From: Chiloscyllium plagiosum
Taxonomy: Eukaryota
Direction of reading: 5' to 3'
DNA length: 34,672 nt
Assembly: GCF_004010195.1 (NCBI RefSeq)
Contig: NC_057718.1
Coordinates: 56,622,076 to 56,656,747, forward strand
Part shown: positions 12,121 through 23,644 of the stretch, one piece after another
How the letters are laid out: every line of letters starts with the position of its first letter
How positions within the stretch are numbered: the stretch's first letter is position 1
Notes under the pieces: generated by a model
Seen by the model: the letters and a program-made list of their open reading frames with translations, nothing else
The model's database searches: none
Told to the model about the DNA's origin: nothing
Program-made: the position numbers and the translations under genes

Positions 12121-12729
12121 TGATAAGTAGATTGATGATTGTAAAAGCAAAATTTATTTCTTCTCTCACGTTGATTCTCTTACAATCTTCTGCAAGCTCA
12201 GTATGGCAGTTATGTCCTTCTTGACTCAGGCAGCTCAGTGCTGGCACAATTATGCCATTGTTGTGATGAATACTGAAGTACCTGACCCATAATGCATGAT
12301 ATGCCTATGCTGCCTTCAAGCTTTGATTCAATGTTATTACACATTCAGTATTCATTCCTCTGCTGAGGTTAGCCAGTAGATGGTACTTAGCAAGTTCTTA
12401 GACCAGGTTTTACGTGAGGCCATGGAACTTCATGCATTTTGGAGTCAGTATTGAGGATACCTAGGGCACACTCACCCAACTGTATACCATTGTGTCACTA
12501 CCTCTGGTGAGTCTGTCCTGTTGGTTGAAAGATGACTTTTAGACTTGGCTGATGGATATGATACTGTAGAATTATGTAATGCCATTGCTTCACAAATAAG
12601 CAGGATATATCTCCTAAATGGTACCAGTTACCAGATATTACAGTCAATTTGGCTGATTTAGTGGTCTGCCAAGTGGTCTTCAATTATTTTTTCCAGTTGA
12701 TTCATACAATTGCAGCACCATTTAAGTTC

Positions 12730-13567
12730 CTGTTAGAGTGAACGGTAAGGCTGGTAGGATAGGGAACAATGGACGAAGATATTGAGGCTCTGGTCAAGAA
12801 TAAAAAGGAGGCATATGCTGGGTATAGACAAGTGGGATCAAGTGAATCTCTTGAAGGGTATGGGGGGAAGAGGCATTCTTAAGAGGGAAATCAGGAGGGC
12901 ACAAAGGGGATATGAGATAGCCTTAGCAGATAAGGTTGAGAATAATCCAAAAGAGATCCATAAGTACACCAAGACCATAAGAGTAACAAGGCAGAGAATA
13001 GGGATCCCTTGAAGATCAATGAGGTTGTCCACGTACCATGGATCAGAGAGACAGTGAATGAATATTTCCCATGAATATTTACTATGAAAAGAAGACATGG
13101 AGGCTAGGAATTCCAGGAAATAAATAGATGTCTTGAAAGCAGCCCAGGTTAGAGGTGCTGGAAGTCTTGAAAAATGAAGGTTGATCAAGTATATCCCAAG
13201 ATGTTGTGGGAAGCTGGGAAAAAATTGCAAGGCCAGAGCAAAGATATAGTTAATAGTAGGGCCCTGGGAAGTGTTGTTGAACAGAGAGACCTAGACGTTC
13301 AGGGACATATTTCTTTGAAAGTTGTGTCACAGTTAGAGTGGTAAAGAAGGTGCCTGGCATGCTTCCCTACATTGCTTAGACCATTGCCTATATGTCATAT
13401 TGCAGTTGTACAGTACATTTGTGAGGCTGCGTTTGGAGTACAAGAGTGTGCAAAGATTTACAATGATGTTACCAGGGATTTTTTTATACAGGAGCGTAGG
13501 AGGTTGACGGTTAGCATGAACACATTAGACCAAAGGATCTGTTTCTGTGCTGTATGTCCCTATGATG
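12730..13567 (+). mobile_element. Internally deleted CR1
   Basis: LKREIRRAQRGYEIALADKVENNPK linker motif, joined RT pieces and a ctatgat tail. Confidence 0.8.
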
Positions 13568-14539
13568 ATAGCAGAAGGGACAACTATATTGCTGTGGGAC
13601 TGCAGCCACAAACTGGGTTAGGACAGTGGGCCTGAGATTTTGTTCTCTCTCTCTGTCTAGTTGGAGAACTAATAGGGAACGTTTGTCAGTTCCATGAGAG
13701 ACCTGATGAGATTAAGCGTCAGAGTTAGCCAGCTCAGCCTTGCCTATGATTGAAGAAGTAGGATTCTCACCTATCAAAAGCTAACAACCAATTCAATGCC
13801 AACGTGAGTGCTGACTACTGCTGGCATTGCAGCAATCCAAGGTACAAGATCATGGAGGCAGGCTGCAGGTGAGAGAAGTGGAATTAGATTTGTGGTGCAG
13901 TAGTTATGAGAAGGGGGTGGGTGGCTCTCAGGGCTACACCTCTGCCCAATTCTGCATTCCTCAATTGCACAGAGAGTACCTGATAGTGAGGAAATATTTC
14001 TCAGGGAGCTTGCAGAAAAATCTGATAGGTTTTACTGAGCACCTTTCTAAGGGCATGGGAGACGTAAGGAAATAACCCCCATTTAATTCCTGAATTACCA
14101 TTAAATCATTGTGGGCTTAGAAATGATGAGCCAAGTTGACATTCGCTGCTGGAGAATTCGTCCTTTCCACCAATGATTTAGTTGGAGAATGTTCTTGGAT
14201 CTCTGGGAGACTGATGTAGGGCCTCATCCATGAATGAGTGGGCCTGAATGCCATGGTTCCCACATAAAACCCAGCTTCAGGTTTTCTTTTCTCTTCAGTA
14301 TGTCTGGCCTGAGAAGTAAGGTTGATGGTTAACCATTCTTACTGTATCTCCATACAGTTATGGCCTAACCACTCAGCATCTTGTTTGCATGCTGTATAAA
14401 GTCGTCTCCTGTTTCAAATCTGTTTCTTGTCTCCGAGTTTTGATGAAAGCAAGACAAAAAAGCTTCAACTTGTTTTTTCCTTTTAGCAACGTTTAAGAAA
14501 ATCCAGTTATGATCTAAAGTCCAGCAAAGAAATGTGTAA

Positions 14540-16260
14540 GTTTGCACAGGTCTAACTAAAATTTAAGGAAAAGGACTTTGAGGCATTTTTTGTCATTTTA
14601 AAATAATATAGCAAAACAAATGAAGTGGCTACAGAAAACCAGACTCTGCCTATATAGAGTAAGTTATTAGGTAGAGTAGATGAGACTTGTACATCATTGT
14701 TAGCAGAAGTTCCAAAGGATAATGAAACAGTTGAAATGGCTATTCTGGATATGTATGAGTTAGTTCCTGAAGCAGACAAGCAAAGGTTGTGAAACTTAAG
14801 GAACTAGTCTTCGCATACCTACATTACCTGTTCAAATTCAAAGTAATTTTGACCGAAAGAACTGCGGATATTATAAATCAGAAACAAAAATAGAAATTGC
14901 TGCAAGGCTCAGCAGGTCTGGCAGTATTTGTGGAGAGAAATCAGAGCTAAAGGTTTGGGTTGTGACCCTTTCTGAGGAATGGTCACTGAACTTTAAACAT
15001 TAACTTTGAATTTCTCTCCACAGATGCTGCCAGATCTGCTGAGTTTTGCCAGCAATTTCTCTTTTCATTTGTAACTAACTGTGACCATTGCATTCAGGCA
15101 TTAACAATGAAAGCAAAGTATGAAGCTCTCAGTGTGGTTATTCTCTTAGAAGAATTTAACAATTTACTACTTCCAGTAATTAGAACCCATGGTGAAGATC
15201 AGAGAGATTCAGAAAGGCAGTGGAGATAGCTAATGATTATGAGCTGATCCATAAATTTAAACCTTCGTTCCATCACCCCCATAAATCAGAGAAGGATAGA
15301 CGGCGGGAGTGAAAGGAAAGGCAAGTAGCCAGGGAAAGAAGGGACAGCTGGGAATGCCCTCTGGAATTCTTCTTCAAACTGAAAAGGTGCAGAGAGATGC
15401 AGTGAGAATCAAAACTCTCAGTATTTTATTCTAACAAAGTGAGGCATCTTTGTTGTGAATATTGGAAGTTGTGTGGTAAGCCCAGGGGACTTAATGGGGT
15501 TCATAAAGGTGTGCCAGAAAAATGAGCTCAGAAGAAAAATACCATGGATTAAACTGTAACTTTGACTACAATAGATACAGAAACTACTAAAACTCTTTCG
15601 CTGGAGAAAGATACAAATTTTCTTCTAAAGAGTACATTTAAAACCAAAGTTTTAATAAGTGGAATTAGTGGAGAATACATACCCATTTCTTTGTATAAAT
15701 TACACTTACAAAGTGAGTTAATATCTAGTATAATGACACGGGTATTCAGAAATTACCTGTGCTGACCTACTCCTAGGTAATAATTTGGTTGGAATGAGAG
15801 CTATAGCTTTGCCCATAATCACAGAAAGCCCAAGTGATGTTAAAGAGACAGAACAGTCACAAGGATAAATTCTGGATATTTTTCTATCATGCGTGGTGAC
15901 CAGAGCAATAGCTAAACAAATTCTATCACCAGAAGTCAAGCTGTTACCCTTTTTTAAAAAATACAGTAGCTAAAACTTTCTTTTAAGTTGGAGGAATTCT
16001 TCAATTGAGGTTGAGCGACCAGATCTGTAGTTAAAGTAGTTTGCACAATCAGTCCATTCTGGAGTGGAGGCTGAAGGACTCCACAAGAACATTATGATAT
16101 TAAAAACCGAATTCTGATGAGGAAATAGAAACATCTTCACATACTGACCAAAGTGGTTGGTTGTTCATCGGCTAGTGGTACCACCTGAAATTTTAAAGAG
16201 ACATTACAGATAGCACATGAAATTTGCAGGTAGAAATATGGAAAACTCAGGTACTGATAA
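14540..16260 (+). mobile_element. Gypsy (Gmr1-like) LTR-retrotransposon relic with SCAN-like gag and protease region
   Basis: Broken frames read EAFF...AKQMKW...SKLLGR...AILDMYELVPEADKQRL, then VILLEEFNNLLLPVIRTH...KAVEIANDYELIHK, DLLLGNNLVG and SCVVTRA. No LTRs identified. Confidence 0.75.
14850..15070. mobile_element. Palindromic Penelope-derived mini-element inserted in the Gypsy relic
   Basis: Arms at ~14892-14950 and ~15000-15061 are imperfect reverse complements; same family as 3415-3577. Confidence 0.75.
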
Positions 16261-16329
16261 ACATTTTACCTGGTGTCCTGCAATGGTTTCTGCAGAACCA
16301 TATCAAATGGTTCTGGAATTCCAAGTCCA

Positions 16330-17660
16330 GTATATCAACAGACTCCCACAGCACACATTGTTCCTTCAAAGAATTCCAGTTAATTAGTTAAAGTACTTTC
16401 CTTTTACAAAACCATGTGGACCCTTTCTGATTATCTTGTGGTCTTAAAAGTGCCCAGTTATAACCCCCTTGATGACGGATTCAAACAACTTGTCTGACAA
16501 ACATCAAACAAATTGGTCTATAGCATCCTTTTTTCTGCCTTCCGTTCTTCCTGTGTAGAGGGATTGTGTATGTTTTTTTGAGTTTGATTGAATTTTTCCA
16601 AGAAATTTTGGATATATAACACAAACATATTTAATACCTAAGTAGCACCCTCTTTTATGATCCTTAGATGAACTCCATCAGGACCTGAAGACTGATCAAC
16701 CTGCACCTGTATCAGTTTGCTCTTCACCAAGCTCCTCTTCAGATTTACAGGCATGAATGGGATGATTTTTTTAAATGCTCTGCAAAACGTCATTTTATTT
16801 ACATTCATCATTTCTTTATCATCTACTACCAACTCCCCATTACCACCCTGTAGTAAACTAATACTTATTCCTTTTCCTTTTTAGATATGGAATGCCTGCT
16901 ATGGTTTACATATCCAATCAACTTCCTCTCATACTCTATTAATCCTAATAAACCTTTTAGTCATTCTCTGCCATTCTTTGAATTCCAACCAGCTGCTGTT
17001 CTGACCCGCTACTCACCTTTGTACAACTATATAGTTTTTCCTTAAATGTGATGCTCTCCTTAACTTCCTTAGTTAATCATATACGGTACATCCTCCCATG
17101 GAAGTTTTCTTCTTAGTTGGAATGTACTTTCTGAGCATTCTCAAGTATTCCTTTAAATGTCTGCCATTGCTTCTCCACTGACCTACTAAATTAATATCCC
17201 AGTTTATTTCAATTAGCTCAGCTTTCATCTCCACAGTTGCCTTTTTTTTCAAACTTAAAACTCATCGTTGATTCACTCTTCTCCTTTTCAAACTGAATGC
17301 AAAATTATAATCACTACTATCTAGAGGTGCCTTACTCTAGTATAACCTGCTCTCTGGGTCACTTCCAGAACATGCCGCTGTAAGAAACTCTCAAAAACAT
17401 TCCAAGTGCTCCTTACCAATTGGATATTTCCAGTTTATATGTAGATTAAAATCATTCATGATTTTGCAGTTCTATCACAAGCTTCAGTATTTCTTGTTGT
17501 GGTTACTATGCAGGAACCCATAGATTACTTGCACAAGTGGCTTCTTTCCTGAACCTTTCCTCATTTCTACCAAAGCAGATTCTATAACCTGAACCATGGC
17601 CAGGTCTAACTGTGGTATCAATGCCATCCCTCATTAGCAGTGCTACTCTTTCACCTTTAC
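16330..17660 (-). mobile_element. Old CR1 ORF2 relic (endonuclease to start of RT)
   Basis: Minus-strand ORFs contain VDQSSGPDGVHLRIIKE and KGERVALLMRDGI. Confidence 0.75.
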
Positions 17661-17859
17661 TAGCTTCTGAATCTTCTTGAATGTCATATATCACATTTTT
17701 TTTCTCATCATGTCTTCCTGCTGTTCTCTATCTTAATTTTCCAATTAGTATTTTGGTATCCTGTTTGGATTTGAACCCTTGCTATTTTAAAATTACCAAG
17801 ACAATCTATTTATTTAGATTTAAACTCTACTTCCTGAGTTATGTAGGTCATGAGATCTA

Positions 17860-19435
17860 TAGGTAGGTATATAAGGGATAAAAGAATGACTAGAGTACGA
17901 TTAGGGCAATCAAGGACAGTAGTGGGAAGTTTTGCGTGGAGTCAGAGGAGTTGGGGAAGCGCTAAATGAATATTTTTCGTCAGAATTCACACTGGAAAAA
18001 TACAATGTTGTCGAGAATACTGAGAAACAGGCGTCAAGAAGATGGGATTGACGTTCCCAAAGAAGACGTGTTAGAAATTCTGGGAAGTGTGAAAATAGAT
18101 AAATCCCCTGGGCCAGATGGGATTTATCCTAGGATTCTCTAGGAAGCCAGGGAGGAGATTGCCGAGCCTTTGATCTTTATGTCATCATTCTCTATAGGAA
18201 TAGTACCAGAAGACTGGAGGATAGCATATGTTGTTCCCTTGTTCAAGAAGGGGAATAGAGACAAGCCTGATAAATATAGACAAGTAAGCCTTATTTCGGT
18301 TGTGGGTAAAATGTTGAAAAGGTTTTAAGAGATAGGACTTATAATCATCTCGATAGGAATAACTGATTAGGGATAGTCAGCAGAGTCTTGTGAAGGGTAG
18401 GTTGTGCCTCACAAACCTTATTGAGTTCTTTGAGAAGGTGACCAAACAGGTTGATGAGGTAAAGCCATTGACATGGTGCATATGAATTTCAGTAAGGCAT
18501 TTGATAAGGTTCCCCATGGTAGGCTACTGGACAAAATACAGAGGCATGGGATTGAGGGCAATTTAGCGGTTTGGATCAAACATTGGCTAGCTTAAAGAAG
18601 AGAGTGTGGTGGCTGATGGGAAATGTTCATCCTGGAGTTCAGTTACTAGTGGTATACCACAAGGATTTGTTTTGGGTCCACTGATGTTTGTCGTTTTTAT
18701 AAATGACCTGGGTGGAGAAAGGATGGGCTAGTAAATTTGCAGATGACACTAAGGTCAGTACAGTTATGGATAGTACCATAACTGTAGGTTACAAAGTGAC
18801 ATAGATAAGCTACAGAGCTGGTCTGAGAGGTGGCAAATGGAGTTTAATGCAGAAAAGTGTGAGGTGATTCACTTTGGAAGGAGTAACAGGAATGCAGAGT
18901 ACTGGGCGAATGGTAAGATCCTTTGCAGTGTAGATGAGCAGAGATTTTTCGGTGTCCATGTACATAAATCCCTCAAAGTTGCCACCCAGGGTTATGGGGC
19001 TGTTAAGAAAGGATACGGTGTGTTCGATTTTATTAGTAGAGGGATCAAATTTTGGAACCATGAGGTCATGCTGTAGCTGTACAAAACTCTGGTGCAGATG
19101 CACTTGGAGTATTGCATGCAGTTCTGGTCACTGCATTATAGGAAGGATGTGGAAGCTTTGAAAGAGTTCAGAGGAGATTTATGAGAATGTTGCCTGGTAT
19201 GGAGGGAAAGTCTAAAGAGGAAAGGTTGAGGGACTTAAAAGACTGTTTTTGTTAGAGAGAAGAAGGTGACTTAATTGAGACATACAAGATAATCGGTTAG
19301 ATTGGGTGGACAATGAGAGCCTTTTTCCTAGGATGGTGATTACTAACACAATGGGGCTTAGCTTCAAATTGAGGGGTGATAGATATAGGACAGATGTCAG
19401 AGGTAGTTTCTTTACTCAGAGTAGTAGGGGCGTGA
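17860..19435 (+). mobile_element. CR1 ORF2 reverse-transcriptase fragment, non-functional
   Basis: DKSPGPDGIYPRIL, KGRLCLTNLIEFFEKVTK, SGIPQGFVLGPLMFVVFINDL, SKFADDTK, WQMEFNAEKCEVIHFG; interrupted by stops and frameshifts. Confidence 0.92.
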
Positions 19436-19469
19436 AATCTTACATCTGACACTGAATTTATAAGTAAAA

Positions 19470-21122
19470 GATCAAAGGGTCATACAATTTATGCAAATGA
19501 ATTACACAAACCTAGATGTAATCAATAAGAATGGAGATGCAGGTTTCGATTGATTACTATGTGAATCCCAAAATTTCTTTCAAGTCACTGTCCCAAAATA
19601 ATCTATCAGTATAAAGGTGACATCTCAGGTCAGACAAAACATTTTAGGTGTGAGACTTTGTCTAGAGTCTGTATGTGTCTCAACCTGAATTCAGACTAGT
19701 TTTATTTCCAAAGTAGACATTTATAAATTGCCACATTTACTGTCTACACATTGTATGCTTTTAAACAAAATAGATTGCATTTGCAAATGCAAATTCAATC
19801 CATAGATTTAGGTGTGGTTGAATGTGGAGAGGGAGAGAGAGGGTGCATGAATGTGAGGGCGTGTGTTAGAGAGAGGTAGAATGTGTGTGTGAAGGAGTAT
19901 ATGCCTGTGAGAGTGTGCATGTGAGGGAGTGTATGCCTGTGAGACAGTGTGCATGAGGGAGTATATGCCTATGACAGAATGTGCATGTGTGTTTCTGTGT
20001 GTGTGTGTATGGGGGTCTATGAAAGTGTGTGTATATTTGTGTGAGAGAGAGAGAGTGTACAGTGTGGTGGGGGTCACCTGTAGTGTGACATGAACCCAAG
20101 ATCCCAGTTGAGGTCATCCTCAAGGGTACTGAACTTGGCTATCAGCCTCAGCTCAGTAACTGTTGCAAGTCCTGAAGTCCACCTTGGAGTAGTCTACTTG
20201 AAGATCTGAGGCCGAATGTCCTTGACAGCTGAAATATTCCTCCACTGGGAGGGAACATCACTGTCTGGTGATTATTGCACAGTGTCCATTTATCCATTGT
20301 CATAGTGTCTGCATGGTTTCACCAGTATACCATTTCTTGAAGCATCCTTGCCTGCAGTGTAAAAGATTGACAATGTTGGATGAGTCACCGCATTATTTGC
20401 TATGCACCTGATGAGTGGTGTCCAAACATGTAATGGTAGTGTCCATGTCTATGCTTTGACATGTCTTACTATGGATACCATGAACAGGGATGTATGGTGT
20501 TGTGGTCAATGTTGTCCTAAAGGCCAGGTAATTTACTGCGAATGATCTGTTTAAGATCTGACAGTTGTTTGAAGGCGAGAAGTGGGGGCGTAGGGAAGAT
20601 CTTGGTGAGGTGCTCATCAGCATCGATAATGTGTTGCAGGCTGTGACGAACATGGCATAGTCTCTCCACTCCCAGCAAGTCCTATATGACGAAGGGTATC
20701 CTATCTGTTGTAACCCATAACAGTCTTCTAAGGTCATTACAATTTTTCATTGCAGCATATCAGAACTAGCAATCAATGAGTTGACTATTGTATCCCTTCA
20801 TTATGAGGGCATCCCTCAACACTTTCAAGTGTCTGTTGTGTTCCTGTTTATCTGAGCAGGGGATGGCTGTTTTAGTATGTCTAGGGTGAAAGCTCAAGAG
20901 TGCAGCATAGTGAGGTTACCTGTCAGCTTGCGGTAGAATGAGATAGTGAGATGTCTGTCATAAATGGAGATGCGTGTATCCACAAATGAGACTCTCACAT
21001 GCACACAAAAATCTAAGGGGTGAATTTACATTTGCAGATTTGTACTTGCAGATGCATAGTATTTTGTTCAAAAAGCACACAGTTTGTAGACAGTCAATGT
21101 GGCATTTTATAAATTCCTCTGG
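19470..21122 (-). mobile_element. Penelope-like element: GIY-YIG endonuclease relic, repeat-rich 3' region and inverted terminal copy
   Basis: Minus strand NIVNLLHCRQGC...CSLPVEEYFSCQGHSASDLQV...RLIAKFSTLEDDLNWDLGFMSHYR*. 21015-21118 is an inverted copy of ~19715-19805. Confidence 0.8.
19825..20060. repeat. GT/GA-rich minisatellite (~30-bp unit gagtgtatgcctgtgagagtgtgcatgtgagg, ~3 copies) within the Penelope-like element
   Basis: Direct reading of units at 19896-19990. Confidence 0.75.
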
Positions 21123-21351
21123 AGAGGCTAGTTTCTTTCTGCTTTGCCTTGACATTGTAGGAGTTAAATCCAGCATAGCACGAAATTTAGACTAGTGCCC
21201 ACAATTGAAATGTTTACAGGTGAGCAATTCTCTCCTTTCTATCACCTAAACGTTTACTTTTTTTTAGTTCTATTGCATGCTTGTCAAGAGCTCCTTCTAA
21301 ACAGGCGCATTTATGTAAGGTCCAGCCAGACAAAAACTAAGAAATACAGTC

Positions 21352-22260
21352 ATAGAGATGTACAGCACAGAACAGACCCTTTAGTCCAACTCATCCATGC
21401 TGACCAGATATCCCAACCTAATCTAGTCCCACTTGCTAGCACCGGCCCATATCCCTCCAAACCCTTCCTATCCATATACCCATCCAGATACCTTTTCAAT
21501 GTTGCAATTGTACCAGCTTCCACCACTTCTTCTGGCAGCTCATTCCATTAATGCACCACCCTCTTCATGAAAATGTTGCCCCCTAGGTCTCTTCTTTATC
21601 TTTCCCCTCTTACCCTAAACCTATGCCCTCTAGTTCTGGACTCCACCACCACAGGGAAACAACTTTGTCTATTTATCCTAACCATGCCCTTCATGATTTT
21701 ATAAACCTCTATAAGGTCACCCTTCAGCCTCCGATGCTCTGGGAAAACAGCCCCAGTCTATTCAATCTCTCCCTATAGCTCAATTCCTCCAACTCTGGCA
21801 ACATCCTTGTAAATCTTTTCTGAACCCTTTCAAGTTTCACAACATCCTTGCGATAGGAAGGAGACCAGAATTGCACTCAATATTCCAAAAAAAAAGTGGC
21901 TTAACAAATGTCCTGTACAGCCGCAACATGACCTCCATCTCTTATACTCAATGTTCTGACCAATAAAGGAAAGCATACCAAACGCCTTCTTCACTATCCT
22001 GTCTATCTGCAACTGTACTTTCAAGGAGATATGAACCTGCACTGCAAGGTCTCTTTGTTCAACAACACACCCTAGGACCTTACCATTGAGTGTATAAGTC
22101 CTGTTAAGATTTCCTTTCCCAAAATGCAACACCTCGCATTTATCTAAATTAAACTCCATCTGCCACTCCTCAGCCCACTGACGCAACTGATCAAGATACC
22201 ATTGTACTCTGAGGTAACCTTTTTCGCTGTCCATAACACCTCCAATTTTGGTGTCATCTG
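21352..22260 (-). mobile_element. 5'-truncated, relatively young CR1
   Basis: ADDTKIGGVMDSEKGYL...WQMEFNLDKCEVLHFGK through to the 3' tail; flanked by CAGTC at 21347-21351 and 22261-22265. Confidence 0.92.
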
Positions 22261-22731
22261 CAGTCGGTTCTGATATAACAGGATAGTTCCATTCTCGTGC
22301 GATTTTGCATTATAAGCAAAATTGCACAATAGCCGTGCCATTTAAACTAATAGGGGCGGAATCGCGTTATAGGCAATACAGGTAAGTCTGTGTGGAGCGG
22401 CTGTCTGTGTGGAGTTTGCACATTCTCCCTGTGTCTGCGTGGGTTTCGTCCGGGTGCTCCGGTTTCCTCCCACAGTCCAAAAATGTGCAGGTTAGGTGAA
22501 TTGGCCATGCTAAATTGCCCGTAATGTTAGGGACAGAGGTAAATGCAAGGGAATGGGTTGGGTGGATTGCGCTTTGGTGGGTCGGTGTGGACTTGTTGGG
22601 CCAAAGGGCCTGTTTCCACACTGTAAATAATCTAATCTAATCTAAAGTCCATGTTCTACAAGTAACTGTCTAAACTGTTCAATTGTGTTAAAGCCAATTC
22701 GCATTGAAGTCACACGCATTAGAACCGACTG
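22261..22731. mobile_element. Tigger/pogo-like MITE with 11-bp perfect TIRs, containing a V-SINE
   Basis: CAGTCGGTTCT at 22261-22271 and AGAACCGACTG at 22721-22731. Confidence 0.75.
22387..22643 (+). mobile_element. 5'-truncated HE1-type V-SINE
   Basis: V-domain as in 4235-4572, with CpGs retained; (TAATC)n tail. Confidence 0.88.
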
Positions 22732-23089
22732 TGTACATATTTTGACTGATTTGAACCCAAATTGAACCAACTGCGCAGTTGTACTACATCAGAAATGTAT
22801 TATTAGGTGTATAACTTACATCAATTATATTGTGGAAAACAAATAATGTTGGAGTGGTAATAATTTCTCACTGACTGTAAATATTTTCTGAGGTATGCTA
22901 ATTCTTTCATTAGAAAGCTGCATTGTTGAGGGTGATGCTAAGCATTCACAGGATCTATTCTTGACATAACAGATAGGATAATGCCATTGAACATTTTCTT
23001 ATTTCAACATTATTTTAGTTTCAGAAGAGAAGTTTGGAAGCCCTTGTTTTGGTGTGAACTTGGTTTCCAGCATGGAATTTTTAAAGTCT

Positions 23090-23380
23090 AAGATTGGGGA
23101 TTTAATTCCCACTCCATAAACTGATCATATAATCAAAACCAATACTCAGGATAAGTCATAAGGAAATGCATCATCATTTAAGGTGCTGTTTTTGAAGAAA
23201 AGTTACATCTCAGTTCTACTGGACTTAGACAATACCATGCACTATTTTAAGGCTAGCAAATTCTACAGCATTCTGGTCAAAAAACTTTCCTCATCTAGTA
23301 AAACAGCGGTTATACTTTCTTTATAAGTGACTGAACTTCAAAGTAATTCATTATTTGTAAAGCACTTGAAGATGTGGCAA
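23090..23380 (+). mobile_element. Highly decayed DeuSINE-like (SacSINE1-type) element
   Basis: Ordered weak matches to the recalled consensus: ttcccactcc, ggtgctgtttttg, ccatgcactatttt, tctggtcaa, agtgactgaacttcaaagtaattcattatttgtaaagcactt. Confidence 0.45.
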
Positions 23381-23644
23381 AATAAAGGAATTTGGAGATC
23401 TCATACAAAAACATGAATAGGCTTTTAAAAAGGTAGACAAGTTGATCATACTCTTTCTTTGAGCTTGCAGGATTTTTGGATAATATGAAATGGTGGGAGA
23501 GATGTATGTATTATGATCTTGAAATGCAGCAAAACCAGAATATTTAACTGTACAGTTGTATGATCATCATGAAGTAAATTTCTCTGCACACTAAGCATTA
23601 TTCATAGTACTTGGTGGCAAACTTCCATGTTTTAGAACAGTAAG

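Noticed and set aside
13628..14280. Possible Harbinger-type MITE (also 7857-8160) or exon after the ctctctgtctag tract
   Set aside because: Ends are too degenerate to pair as TIRs and no recognisable reading frame follows.
17860..19435. Active reverse transcriptase or novel RT-linked system
   Set aside because: Ordinary CR1 RT with multiple stops and frameshifts and no associated partner gene.
19850..20060. CRISPR-like array or His/Thr-rich protein
   Set aside because: Eukaryotic GT/GA minisatellite without unique spacers; the ORFs are translations of low-complexity sequence.
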